Part shown: piece by piece, positions 48,277 through 61,373 of the stretch | Layout of the letters: every line of letters begins with the position of its first letter | How positions within the stretch are numbered: the stretch's first letter is position 1 | From: Spironucleus salmonicida | Taxonomy: Eukaryota | DNA: 64,000 bases | Direction of reading: 5' to 3' | Assembly (NCBI RefSeq): GCF_000497125.1 | Contig: NC_090604.1 | Location: 330,651-394,650, forward strand | Position numbers and translations under genes: made by a program | The notes under the pieces: model-generated | What the model was told of the DNA's origin: nothing | Databases searched by the model: none | Seen by the model: only the letters and a program-made list of their open reading frames with translations

Positions 48277-49815
48277 ATGCTCATAATTGCTCTGTGCGCA
48301 TCGGCCCCAAACTGCTTCTCCACATAATCGTACTTAGAGGGAGAAATACAGTCCAGACTATTGTCTATCTTCCTCATACCTCAGGTGCCGCTGGACCCCC
48401 TCTGCCTCGCGCTTGACGGTACCGACGCCGCTGCGGAGCTCATTTACGAGGGTGCAGCGACCAGCGGTATCCCCGTATTCACAGCTATTCCTTTTGTCTA
48501 CCGTGCCAACGTCACGAACGAGGTCGTATTTTCGATAGCGAGCCTCCGCCCAGCGCTGATCACGACCCTGATCGAAATAGTCAGCGCCGAGTACGTCGTG
48601 AAAATCCAGAAGGCAGGCGACTACCGGGGCACCCTTAACCAGATTAAGTACCTGAAAACGGACGTCTCCTCCTGCTGGAGCAACCTGGTCTTCTCCTATT
48701 CTGCGATCTAAGGTGACGAGAAGATATTTTTTGAACTGTCACCGAATGACTGCACGATACCGGAGGATGCGAAACTGTACCCCAGGATCACCTTTTAGCA
48801 GAATACTACAAATCTCGTCATGAATGAGTTTGAATAAGGCACCGACGCTGGCGACTACAAGCATCCGTACGTTCACAACCAGGTCACCCGTTGCTAACTG
48901 CAGTGTAAGGAAATTGTTGATGCGATTTAAAAGTAAACGTGCTTGACTATAATTGACTTCATTACTACCAATTTGTAGTACAGATTTGGTGTGGTGCTTA
49001 TTTACGATACCGTCGGAATCGAGACGATAGTTATTTAAGACGCAATACGGCAGTAAGCCGAGGGGTCATTAGCGTGCGGCGAGAAAACCAGCATTACGTG
49101 CTATTTGAACCCGGATAGTTATATTTTGTACCATGATCAGTTCCGCAGTCATCCGGAGTGTGTAATTAGTGCAGATAGTGTTGTTGCAGACTTCAGCTCA
49201 ATGCTTACCTACTAGGACCAAATTATTCTGGCAACTACGGAGTATTCGCTAGAAATATACGGGACAACGTAATATTTTGTGAAAGCAAGAGATCTGTCCA
49301 AGGAGTTTAAGGAAAATATGACGCTGTACGCCTAGAGCATTTAGCGCGATGAGGATGGTGGCATAAGTGGCCAGTTCTACATGCGGGTTTAGGTTGTCAA
49401 ACAATGCATTTATTTAGCTGTTATTACTGTCTCAGGTCGCGACAAGATTGCCCTCCAGATCCGCAGCACCTTCGACGACCTTTGCAGTAATATTACCGAG
49501 ACCATGGAGCTGCTGATAATTAGTAGCAGGTTAGAGGTCGTATTCTAGCAGGCATTCGAAATCGCCATTGACTCGAAGGCGGCGATCCAGTCCATAGAGT
49601 ACCAGACCAACACGGACGTCGCTAGCATCCTGGCCGCGAACCCGGGCTCCGTGTTCACGGTCCGCGGGCCCAGCTTCTACATGGCGAGCGCTGAGATCAA
49701 CTACGACAATTACGTGATGTTCCTCGCGATATAGCTCTCCTGTTTCGCGTTGTTCCTGGTCGCCGGGCTGGCGACGGTGTTAGTGGTGATCAGGCGCCAG
49801 GCGATGGCCGAGTGA
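48277..49815 (+). CDS. Type I membrane protein, 512 aa, short N-terminal signal and C-terminal TM
   Basis: Read codon by codon with no TGA; MLIIALCASAPNCFS...; TM YVMFLAIQLSCFALFLVAGLATVLVVI; ends GAG TGA. Confidence 0.85.
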
Positions 49816-50924
49816 GGTTTCCCGTGCAATAGTATGCTGTCCCACCATCAGCTGGGCATTCCCTCCCAATGTGGAGTGTTCCAATACAAATATCAACGCC
49901 CAAGTGATGAACTGCACTCAGTTTACGTCTAGCAGTGCCGGCGCGGGATGAACCGTTTTGTGTTGGCCTGAGCGTGTAGGCATCACCGTGCTCGCACTCA
50001 GATCCAAATCCCGCGCAGAGTTCACTTGTTGCCTAAAGGGAAGAAACCAGACATACGAGTTTATACTCAGACCACCAACCAACTATCCCCCATTGCCGAA
50101 ACCGCATCGTGAAGGTACCCCACAGGTCCTTCCAAAGTTGACTGTCCGATGACCGTGCATCCAAGACGTAGGCAGCGTGATCGGATCCTCTAGCACAAAA
50201 TGGCGCTGAGATATTAGTAGGATGGTTGTTGTAGCGAGGAATGGATAATGATAATAATTTTATTTTTGCTTTACACTGAATGGGTCAGCTGGTGGTGCTA
50301 GACACGCTGCACCCGCATATCCTACAGTGTAAGTGGGCTCTCTGCATCATAATGACCATAGCGAAAGTAAATTTGAGATGAAAGGGCATTTCACATTTAG
50401 TCCTGAATTTTAATTGTTCCGGAACTTCACGCGGTAGGCTCTAGGCGGCGTGGGGACGTAGCTGGCCTTTAAATATCAGATCTCGCTGCATATTGCTGCC
50501 TGGCTGGGGCATGCAGAGCCTCCGCGCTAGTACACTTTCCGAATGGAAATGCCCTGGGTGTCGCTGGCGTGCCTCTACACGACTAAGCAAACTTATCTAC
50601 ACATAGACCACCGGTATCGCTACGCCCTGCTACCATGTGCTCCAAAACCATTCCATGTGCTCGCGTTCGTCCTCGTGTCATGAAACCGTAGAATATCCCC
50701 TGAGCACTCGATTTGGCGTACTGAGCATGAATAAGGTATGAGATTTATCAACTGCTGAACCTTACAGGGGCGCAATACAAGGAAGCCGCTGGCATGCACC
50801 TCGTGAGACGCCAGGCCCCTGGGAGGTACTAAGTCAGACCCTCGCAGCTCTGGATGGCGTCCAAGCTCGCGAAGCCCAATTCGCAGAAGGTTGCCAAGAT
50901 CACCCCCTCCATATTTACTGACAC

Positions 50925-51528
50925 TAGAAGCATGCTGCTCGGGCCGGCTCTGCGCCAAAAAATCTGACTCTGGAACGAAATAGGTACAATAGTCGATGCT
51001 AAGAAAGACAGTGCGACGGTGTTACGCTCCGGGATAAAGGGAACTACAATGTTTAGGTGCCGCAATTTGGACAGTGTCAACTCGCGTTTTAGCGGCTTTG
51101 TGAGGTGCAAAAGCCAAAGGACATTTACGCTGGTGGGCCGACTTTGTCTAAATCTGATAGTAAGTGTATAATAATGCGGACTATCAATTTGGAGTGCAGC
51201 TGTATAATTGGAAGAGAATATTATATTAAATATATTTTGGAGTGGAAGTATTGGAAAATGGGCAAGAGCGGTGCACGCTTGATTGTGGGCTGCTGAGCGG
51301 TGTCCTGGCGTTCAGTTAGATAAAATTCAATATCTTTGTGTTGTTAAGTTTATTTTATTTTTGTACAATATATTTGACATTATATAACAATCACAAACTA
51401 AAAATATTTGAGTTTGGTTTTAAATTATAGCGTAAAGTGATATATATTTGCATGTCTCATGAAAATTAAAAACCAAAAAATGAGTTGCTCATATATTATC
51501 AGATGAAAAACCATATTCTATTTTTAAA
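50925..51528 (+). repeat. CRMP 5'-flank module (also 24496-25110, ~36205-36819, 5935-6553 inverted)
   Basis: About 600 bp highly similar upstream of four CRMP genes. Confidence 0.9.
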
Positions 51529-52566
51529 ATGACAGATACTGGAACATGTACTATCCGTATCACTAACTGTAAGGCAGATCATTTTTGCCCATCTACTGAT
51601 AATATAAGTGTTCCCTGTAAACCGTGCACAGAAGACATGAAATTCGGCCAGGGCTGCTACTGTGAATATAATACAGAGACAACAAACTGCAAGACATGTT
51701 CAGGATGAAGTTGCACCACTTGCCTCCCTGGCTCGTATCTAAGTGGCATATTTTGCTATGACTGCTCAAAGGGTTGTGCTGAATGTGCCGATTCGAATTC
51801 ATGCCAAACATGCGCCGTTGGGTTCACAATAGAAGATGACAAATGCGTCAGAGTCTGCAATAATAATGAAGAGTGCAAGGGTCAACGTTCGACATTTTGC
51901 GATATGTCCACAAAGAGGTGCGTGAAATGTGCTGATGACTGCTCAGTTTGCTCATCGGCGACGTTTTGCAACGTGTGCAATTGGGGTACTCATATCACAA
52001 CTATAGATGGGAGGTGTACTCCTAAATGTGATGATATTACAGATGGTAACTACTGTAAAAATGGAGTGGCTACACCCTGTGCTGAAGGAATTGATTCTGC
52101 TTGCGAATGTGGATTAGCTACCAATTGCGCTTCCTGTAATTCTACGTTAGATAAGTGCAAAACGTGTCTTACTAATGCTATTATTACAATAGGTGGTTCG
52201 TGTAGGGACTGTGCAACTGGGTTTAAGCTTATTGGCGGGATGTGCTGGCCCGAGACCCCTGTTCCTGCACCCCCTGCTCCTGAGCCACCTACTCCAGAAC
52301 CATCTGGTCCAGACCCGGTAACTCCCGAACCGGATGTTCCCACCCCACCTACTCCTGTACCCGGACCTGTGCCGCCTTCCCCACCTGTTCCGGTCCCGGT
52401 AGTTCCCACGCCGTCTAGTCCAGATCCGGAAGTTAATAGCCAGAATTTGAGCAGTGGGGCAGTCACGGGCATCGTCATTGGAGTCTTGTTGGTCGTTGGG
52501 GCAATTGGTGGCGGCCTGGCTTATTATTTCATTAGAAAGGCGAAGAAGAGAGTGGAGTAACAGTGA
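51529..52566 (+). pseudogene. CRMP with in-frame TGA at codon 60 (51706-51708), otherwise intact (345 codons)
   Basis: Same TGA as the 36820 copy; long Pro stalk and RVEQQ tail. Confidence 0.75.
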
Positions 52567-55390
52567 TTGGTAATATATATTTTCCTGCACGTTTATGCTA
52601 AGCTTTCCACTCGGATATTCCAAGAGTATGCAGATCTAACGGTGCTAAATACCACTTGGACCATTGATATGATATGCTACACTTTAAACTGTAGACTACC
52701 TTAGTAAAGACTACTACTCGCCATGAGTGCATTTCTGCTAGGGCCGCGCAGTTTCAGCAAAATTTAGCTGAGGACGTCATTTTACTACTGCGGTATACTA
52801 GTATATAAATGTAGATTATTTAGCGTTCAGTTTGATAATGCATACCTAGCAGGATTGATGTCATCCCCAATAATATAGAACACCCCAGGACACTTATTAA
52901 GCGGTGTCAGTCTACCAGCACACTAGTTCCATACCAATTCGGTATCCAGAAAGTTCGGTGCCCAGCTAATAACAGTTTCTGGCGGAAAGCTTGCCCCCGA
53001 GCAGGTATCTTAAACTATTATAGTACAAACACTAGCACACCCTATAGCTCTACTCACCATACTAAATATGAAACGTGCTAAGATAATTTTCTAATGACTT
53101 ACGCGATCCGCACAGAAGATTCAAAGAGCTGCAAGACTATTCGAGTGCCACTGAATAATACACATAGCGAAATAAACCGTTCGCCAATGTCTCATTCGAA
53201 CATACAAAATACCAGACCGCTCCTATGACTGCAGAGAATGATCCGCTCTATCGGGAACGCTGCACAGCCATAATATAAGTAAGGGGCATTATTGATGTAG
53301 GTTTCTGGTCAATTCTGCTCTTGGATTCTCTAATTCACAGGCTACCTATAATAACTGAAGCCCCAGAACGGCGTTCAGGAATTACTAAATGCACCACAAA
53401 TTACTAAGCAGCCCGTCGTAAAAGCATGAACCCGTAGTATCTACTTTCAAAACCGTCAAACTCATTTTTATGACCTCGATGCGCTCATAACCATGATTTT
53501 TCGTTTTTCAACCGAAGCCGACTGAAACGTACTTTTACGACATATTACTTACTACCTCGTAAATTACACGTAAAAATGGGCTGCAGCGAAAGCTCTAATT
53601 GCCCAGCTATAACGTGAACGCTGCACAGCAATAATAAGAGCTTTCTAGCAACTTTCTGCTCAATTCTGCCCCTGGACCATCCAATTCAGATGATAATTAC
53701 AACAATTGAAGACCCAGAACACCGGATTTGAATTAATTAATTCGCCGCAAATTGCACGTAAAAATGGGCTGCAGAGCTGCTGGTTCACATCGAAAATCAG
53801 CATCTGCTTGGAGGAGTAGTAGCTAAATTTGTAATTTATTTAAGGTAATTTTGCGCATCTGTTTAAAGTAATTTTCCTTGCAGATAAAGCAAGTATATGC
53901 TGTAAATGTACCAGAAATAGAAAATCGCAGCAGTTGCGCCAAGATGGAAATATGAAAGTATAAATTTTAATTTTCGTGCACCTTATTCCTGCTTAAAACG
54001 GTTTAAGGCGTAATGACTACCAGTTCGAGGTGAAACAGCCGAATTGGAGGCTAAATAAGCTAGTTTGCTGCGGTCAAATGGTAATTTTAGCGGTAGGTGG
54101 TCAATATGTAAATAATAATAATTATTATATATAAGTGTATATAAATAATAACAATAATTATTATATATAAGTGTATATAAATAATTATATGTATAATTTT
54201 ATATAATTATGTATATATTATTTTTGAAAATTTTGAAAGTTTTAATGGTTTGAATATTTTGCTTTACAATCGCTAATGATAAAATATCGAAAGTTTCAAA
54301 ATGATGTAAATGTATTGGGCGGTGATGATTGAGGATTTTAGAAGATTTACATTTAGCGAGAAATATGTACACGGAATACCAGTGTGACAGAAGACTAGCT
54401 AGAAGGTGAGGCCTTAGCTCATTTGTGATGGTCCTAGCTCGCATAGAATACGCAGAGTGTGCATATTAAGCATAGAAATTAAAATTTCTTACATGGTTAT
54501 TTTACATGCTATGGGTATATTCGTATGCGTGTTTTACTCCAGTGGCTAACCAAGTTATATATGAACTTTAGTATTTGGTAGATTTTAAATTTGCGATTTA
54601 TGACTCTCAATAATTTAAGCACTATATAGATAGTTCATCAGCAAAGGATATCTACTGTAGAGCAGCTGTACTGGTAGAAGAATGCACTGCCGGGAGGTTA
54701 TGGCACGATCTAAAAAGATCCACACTAAACCATGCAGAGCAGTAGGTAAGTTAAAGTAGAAAGTCAATAGGATAGCACCTTTGAATTGGGCCATGGGCCA
54801 TGCTAGTAGGACTCCGGTGAGTCTATCTAGAACAGGCAGAATGGATCCTAATTGGTAGGACAGTATCGCATTCTTTAACCTGGTACTCCTATTCGATATT
54901 GTAGATAGGCTAAGTCATGTGTCCAACACCAGGCACGGCCTCACTATCTAAGCAAGGCAGTTGCAGCTATTCTCGATTCTAATTCACTAGCACTATTTAT
55001 GACTAGTGGAAACAGGTCGAAACCAAATTTTAGAAAATAATATATGATTCGGATGTTATAGTTAATCATATCAAAAATATTAGCTTTTAGTTTGTTTTCT
55101 CGCATATTCAAAATCAATACTATAATGTAATTATATTACCTTTACTTAAAAATTTTCTAACTTATTTTTGCAGTATACTAGTTTTCATAATGTTTATATA
55201 AACACATTTGAAGCGAATTACGGACATTATCCAAATTATTGCATTTAAGTCTATTACTCATCCACGACGATATATTTTATTTTTAGAATGATTTTATTTA
55301 CGTTTTTATTTATATATTATCACATATTAAAAACTAAAAACTAAAAGGCTTACTATATTGCCTAATTTTTATCACTACCTATAAACCAAA

Positions 55391-56167
55391 ATGACAGATT
55401 CGGCAAGCTGCACCCAAACGACCCCCAACTGCGCATCCTGCGACAACAAGGTATGCACCGCCTGCACACCCGGATACCACCTCTCCCAAGGACTCTGCGC
55501 CCCCCACCAGCAGAGCGAGAGTCCAGCCGATAAATCTGACCCAAGCGATCCCGTACCTCCGGAACCGGCAGAAGAGACATGCACCACGAATCAGTAGTGT
55601 CGTGACAAAGGCTCTGGGTTCTGCGACGGCACCAGTAAAACCTGCAAGCCTTGCGCTACGGGCTGCAAGACCTGCACATCTTTCAAATTTTGTGCGGAAT
55701 GCGACACCAGTACCAACAAGCCCACGACCTTGATAACTGGTGAGTGCGCGCCGTTCTGCAATGATAATAGGTCGCATGTATACTGCTCCATCTCCGGTTT
55801 AATGAGCTGCAATCAGAATTCCACGTCCCCGTGCGTGTGTGATGGGCCTAAAAACTGTGCCGAGTGTACTGACGATTCGAGGAGCTGCTAGTCATGTTTG
55901 ACAAACATGAAAAAGGGCACCGACGGGACGTGCTCGGAGTGCGCCGATGGGCTCATCAAGATAGGTAAAATCTGCACCAAGGACGATGTGGTCGCCGGCG
56001 AGGTCCCTGTGCCGCCTGGTCCCAACCCTGTTGTTCCAGACCCGGAAGTTAATAGGCAGAATTTGAGTGGCGGGGCAGTGGCTGGCATCGTGATTGGGGT
56101 CTTACTGGTCGTTGGGGCAGTTGGGGGCGGCCTGACCTACTATTTTGTTAGGAGAGCGAAGAAGTGA
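55391..56167 (+). CDS. Divergent CRMP, 258 aa, internal Pro/Ser linker, tail RRAKK
   Basis: Track ORFs 55391 and 55898 join through TAG codons. Confidence 0.9.
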
Positions 56168-56624
56168 TGAAAATTGTAACTGATGAGGATAAGTTAACTA
56201 AGCTGACTAGGTAAATATATTAGGTAACGCTCAGGCGGATACTTCCCTCATTTGAGGGTATAAACTACCCGAACTGGTTTTAGGCTATGTAATAATCACT
56301 AATTGGGGTTCTGCAGTGAGAAGTTTTTATCGATTTCTGTGGAGATGCTTGAAATAGAATTAATGAGTATAGTACTAAATTTGTAAATTTTAGGAATTTA
56401 TTTCTTAATGTATTTACTTCTACTAATAATACTATTAGCAAAAAGTAAAGTCTCAGAAAACTATTTTCATGAACCTATATTAAATGATAATTAGCAAATT
56501 TAAGTAATATTACGGAATGTACAATTTACTATATATAAGATATAGTACCATACCTTTACTTGCGAAACCTAAAAACTAGGTTATTTATCATATTATCCGT
56601 TCCATGGTCCTGTAAAATTGCAAA

Positions 56625-57479
56625 ATGACCACGACAGGCACATGTACACGAACTAACAAAAAGTGCAAAGCCGGCCACTTCTGCCCAGCTAATAGTGTTA
56701 CAGCGGTAAACTGCATTCCATGTGAAAATGACATGAAATTCGGCCAGGGCTGCTATTGTGTGGATGATACAGTTATCACAAACTGCAAGACGTGCTCTGG
56801 AGATAATTGCGCCACCTGCCTCCCTGGGTCCTTTCTTAATTCAAACGTCTGCTCTAACTGTCCAAAGGGTTGTGACAAATGTGCCGAGACCAATTCGTGC
56901 TAGATATGCGCCGCTGGGTTCATAATGGAAGGTGTCAAATGCGTTAGAGTATGTGGTAGTAATAAAGACTGCGATTATGAAGATTAGCTCTTTTGCGACA
57001 TATCCTCAAAGAGGTGCGTGAAGTGCTCTGATAAGTGCTAAATTTGCTCCTCTGCGACGTTCTGCAACGTGTGCGTTGCGGGGACTTACGTCACAACTAT
57101 AGATGGGAGGTGTACTGCTGCGTGTGATGGTATAAAAGATGGTAACTACTGCAAGGATGGAGTGGCTACACCCTGCGGTGCAGGGATTGATTCTGCTTGT
57201 AAATGCGGAAAGGCTTTCAATTGCGCTTCCTGCAACAGTGCTTCAAATGCTTGTGAGACGTGTTTTCCTAATTTTGTTAAGGGAAATGGTGGTACATGTA
57301 ATTTCTGTATAAGTCGTTCCAACCCGACTGATAATAAATGCTAGCCTGAGGAGAAAGAGTCTGAGGCCACCAAGATCGGGGCTGGGGCGGTTGTGTGTAT
57401 TGTGCTTGGAGGTTTGGTGGTTGTTGGGGGAGTTGTGGATGGTTTAGCTTATTATTTTGTTAGGAAGGGTAAGAAGTGA
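56625..57479 (+). CDS. CRMP, 284 aa, altered TM (AVVCIVLGGLVVVGGVVDGLAYYFV), tail RKGKK
   Basis: Continuous with TAR=Gln; 5' flank paralogous to 37730-38177. Confidence 0.88.
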
Positions 57480-57919
57480 TGAGAATTAGGAAGTATCTTT
57501 TTGATAGTTAAATACGCAGTGTGGAAATTTTTTTAATTTCAGATTTATTTTATTTGTGGTTTAATCAAAATATACAACATAGATGTAACTAACGATTATG
57601 TAAAAGGTATATTTAAGATACAAACTATACTTTCTTTTACATTCCCATGTAGGACATTTTTTACAAACCTATAATAAAATTAAAAATATTTAATTTCTAT
57701 AGAATTAAATTATAATTATATAAATAAATTCATTCAGTAGATTTGAGAATGCAAATTAATGTAAATAGTTACTGATTTGTTACTCCAAATTTGTTACCTA
57801 CTGGTTATAGCGAATCTAGAGCAATTAAGCTACTTCAAGTCTACAACCTAACAGTACTCATGAAATTTGAGACGACACCATAAATTACATTTTCTTACTA
57901 TATAATAACTATTAATCAT

Positions 57920-57990
57920 GCTGAAATAGTATAATGGTAGTACAGTCGGTTGTGGTCCGACTGGTCTGAGTTCAATTCTCGGTTTCGGCA
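57920..57990 (+). tRNA. tRNA-His(GTG), identical to 18442-18512
   Basis: Same cloverleaf. Confidence 0.95.
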
Positions 57991-58069
57991 CATTTTGATA
58001 TTTTAACACCCACCTTAGTATACTCACTTACTAAAGAATTTTCCTTACATCAAATATTCTTATAATTCA

Positions 58070-58138
58070 GGGCTAATAGCTCAGCTGGAAGAGCGCATCG
58101 GAAAGATGGTGACCGGGGTTCAAGTCCTCGTTAGTCCA
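58070..58138 (+). ncRNA. tRNA-Ala-like RNA with a truncated anticodon arm (4-bp stem, GGAAA loop)
   Basis: GGGCTAA TA GCTC AGCTGGAA GAGC G CATC GGAAA GATG GTGAC CGGGG TTCAAGT CCTCG TTAGTCC A; G3:U70, A73; A/B boxes intact. Confidence 0.8.
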
Positions 58139-58209
58139 ACTTATTAATTCCGTTTTTGCGCTTAACCTTCTTACCCATTTCATTCATTTCCAAAAACCAA
58201 AACAACCCT

Positions 58210-58713
58210 TCATTCCGGCAGCTCTATTACCTGCTCACAAGGATGTGCGTTCTCTACCGTTTCACCAGATTTTTACACCCCAATTTTCCGCAATTCCGCC
58301 ACTCCTTCATTAGCATATTTCTTTCCTTTCTACCCTGCGGCCTGCCCGACAGCGAGCGCCTGGTCCTTCTTGAAGACGAGCTCTACGATGCAGACGACGA
58401 AGACGACGCAACCAATCACGGAGCCGTAACAGCCCTGCCAACCCGCGCCGCAGAAGTTAGACAGAGAGCCGAAGTAGAAGCAGGCGAGCACCATGAGCAA
58501 AATTGGCGCCCCGACTCCGGACGTCAGACCCTGGAAGTAGGGGGTCAGCGGTGTGACCCACGGAATGAGGCAAATTACTATTTCCAACGTTAGTAGAAAC
58601 AACGATCTACAGACCGCGCTGACCGAGTTATTGAAGTAGGATAACGTCAGCACGGCGAGTAGGATCGCCATCACGAGGTTAACGATCAGCCAGAGCATGT
58701 CTATTTGGACCAT
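58210..58713 (-). CDS. Multi-pass membrane protein, paralogue of 9582-10094, 167 aa
   Basis: PYFQGLTSGVGAPILLMVLACFY...FC...W..CYG...VELVFKKD. Confidence 0.78.
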
Positions 58714-58973
58714 TTCAAGATGAAATAAAATATAATTATTATATTATAATTAACGAAAGTTAAATTTTACAGTGGAGTCGAAATAAATTGTTAAATTCTA
58801 TAATATAGCATATTTTGAAATTTGGAATTAGTTGTAGAAAAACTCAAATTGCACTAAACCGGAAAAGTAATAGTAGAATGTGAGCTAAATAAATTGGTTG
58901 AAATTACTAAATTATTTCAGGTTAAACAAAAAATAAAAAACCATCAATATTATATGATATTAATGTTAATATA

Positions 58974-59261
58974 TCAAAAGATTCTACAAACCATCGCGAC
59001 CACGAAATAGGTGAAAATTATGTACAGAAACGCGCCCTTTCTGCGCTTGTTGCCGACTAGAACCTGCGTAAGCACCGACTTCAGGTCCCGTGCCTCCTCC
59101 TCCACCAAATCCTTGGCGCTCACTTGCTTAACTTTCGTGTCCTGGAGCACCTCCGAGTCGACTTCGAGCTGTGTGCCGATTTTCTTCAGGTTTGATGTCA
59201 GCTGCTTCGCCAGCTTTAGCGCGTCGTCTGTCAGGTTGTCTTTGTATGACTCGTTCTGCAT
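58974..59261 (-). CDS. Minimal Qc-SNARE, Use1-like, 95 aa
   Basis: LTDDALKLAKQLTSNLKKIGTQLEVDSEVL heptads followed by a C-terminal TM. Confidence 0.65.
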   Translation of the reverse strand: MQNESYKDNLTDDALKLAKQLTSNLKKIGTQLEVDSEVLQDTKVKQVSAKDLVEEEARDLKSVLTQVLVGNKRRKGAFLYIIFTYFVVAMVCRIF

Positions 59262-59341
59262 TTTGAGTATATTATTTTAATGATATAATAATATGTTTTT
59301 AACCTTATTTATATATTATACAAGCCATTATGATTTAACAT

Positions 59342-59414
59342 GCTCGTTTAGCTCAGTAGGTAGAGCGTTTGTCTGATAAGCAGAAGGTCCTGGGTTCGAG
59401 CCCCAGAACGAGCA
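59342..59414 (+). tRNA. tRNA-Ile(GAT), identical to 14540-14612
   Basis: Same cloverleaf, followed by a T-run. Confidence 0.96.
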
Positions 59415-59730
59415 AATTTTTTATTTTGCGCATAGCACAGAAATCGATCGGAGAGTCAAAATTTTCATGCAAAATTTCTCTAGTCCAAATTTAAAGTAAT
59501 TCGACTTTCGGCCGTAGACCTTTCTGCAGGCTATAGACTTTTCCAGCAAAACTTTTTTACCTGCCCCCTGTTCGCCAAAATTTACCAATTCAGGATTAAA
59601 ACCAATACTAACTCCACTCGCCAATTATTGAAATAAACACTTTTACGCTACTTTCACTTTCTACGGCAAATATACAACAAAATTAAATACGTCTATTTAC
59701 TATATAATAATAGTATATATAAAAACTAAA

Positions 59731-60072
59731 ATGGGACAGGCAGCATCCGCCACGTTCGTCCAGAAGCAATTCGACGAGCTGGACAGCACTGCCAAAAAGT
59801 GGGACAAGAATGTTAAGAATAAATTGCAGCCGCAAGCTGTGCACCACACGCACACGCCGCACAAGACCATCCAGGAAAAGTACATTATTATACAGCAAAA
59901 GCAAATGGAGACACAGCTGCAAGAATTTGGGCAGAATAACGTTAAAATTACAGCGGACATGAATCTAATTTTCAGCAAGGTCAAGCCCTCTGGCGGCAGC
60001 GACATTATGGAGCTCAGCGAGGAGAACGACAGCATGTTCAGCGCGATCAAGAATAATAAGATGGAGGGCTGA
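59731..60072 (+). CDS. Hypothetical protein, 113 aa, start MGQAAS (N-myristoylation-like)
   Basis: AAAATG start, TGA stop. Confidence 0.7.
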   Translation: MGQAASATFVQKQFDELDSTAKKWDKNVKNKLQPQAVHHTHTPHKTIQEKYIIIQQKQMETQLQEFGQNNVKITADMNLIFSKVKPSGGSDIMELSEENDSMFSAIKNNKMEG

Positions 60073-60190
60073 GGATTGCACTGGGAATTTAGATTAATAG
60101 CGGCAGCAGGACACTGTATTGATGTTTTGTTATATATTATTTTATGTGAACAAATGCATACTCATATTTTATAGTCTCAGCGAGAAAAAA

Positions 60191-60730
60191 TCACATGAAC
60201 TAAAAATCCAGCATGCTGGCAGCGCCGTCATCGCTATCTCCGCCCTCCAGCAGTTAAAACCCCAAAGTTCCTCCTGCGAGCAGCGAGCTGGCCCGAGATC
60301 TAGTAAAAATCTCACCACCAATCCCATCGAGTTGAAAGTTGGCCTCGACGCCTTCGCTTCGAACAGATATGTTACTCTCCATACTGGAGCCTACTAATTT
60401 TAGAATTATGTTGTTATGCTTATTTCGAAGCTGCGATACTGAAAAATTAGGAAAATATAGTTTCTAAATTTCAGTCCAGTTTTTATTATGCTTAGTTGCA
60501 GCTGTAAGTAAGGTATCTGTTTCTTATGGTAACCAATAATGTCTTTTTGCTTGCTTCTTATCCTTATGGATAGTATAAAAATCATAGCATTACCGAGACG
60601 TTTTTGTCTGCATCAGATCCCCTACATGTTTCCAATTAATTTTACCTCCAGTTTGTAGTTACTCTTATATTATTTGCATAACTAAAGCCTGTTCTGTGCT
60701 GGTCCATTTGAAGTATTATTTTTGGGACAT
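60191..60730 (-). CDS. Myb-like protein with two repeats, 179 aa
   Basis: KWTSTEQ...INWKHVGDLMQTKTSRQCYDFY...HYWLPQETDTL...KNWTEIQKLYFPNFSVSQLRNKH; absent from the ORF track. Confidence 0.88.
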
Positions 60731-61103
60731 ATTTACTGGAGTGGTAATTACAAACAAAACATTGATATTATATAATTGAATTTAAAATTTGTGATTCCAC
60801 TTTACGATTATATAATATTATCTAAGTTTAACCCATGCATAATTAAAAATTCTGCATTAATTTCTCCACACGAATACCTTTTGTTAATAATGCTTTATTA
60901 AAATATAAACAAATCACCAAAAGGAAATTATTATAAATTTTTAAATATATAGTATGCAAATTTCTATCGCTTATAATTAAATTTTAAACATATATACTAA
61001 ATTTATAGTAATTATATAATAAGTTACAGTTAATAATTATTTTACTAATAGTATATATTATTACGCTTTGAGTTAACTAGACTACCCAAAAAATATAATC
61101 AGC

Positions 61104-61373
61104 TCATAAGTTGTCAACTCCATGCTAATTGATATAAACTTAATCTTCTTGCGATAAAAAGTTAATAATATCTATTAGAGAGTGTCCAGAAAAGTCAATA
61201 TGTGTAATTTCCTTCAATGTACTGATAATATTACCATGCAATATCATATTCTTTTTCATTTAAGTACGCATTTATTAGTATTCTTTAACTTCGGCCTTAG
61301 TTGGTTTATCTTATACTTCAAGTAATATGGAGGCAAGTTTAAAATGTTCTTCTTGTAGTTATTAAATGTCCAT
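61104..61373 (-). CDS. Possible small hypothetical protein, 89 aa
   Basis: AAAAATG start, open in the TAR=Gln code. Confidence 0.35.

Noticed and set aside
58070-58138. Calling this tRNA-Phe(GAA) from the central loop triplet
   Set aside because: The loop is 5 nt with no U33, and the acceptor stem carries Ala identity (G3:U70)
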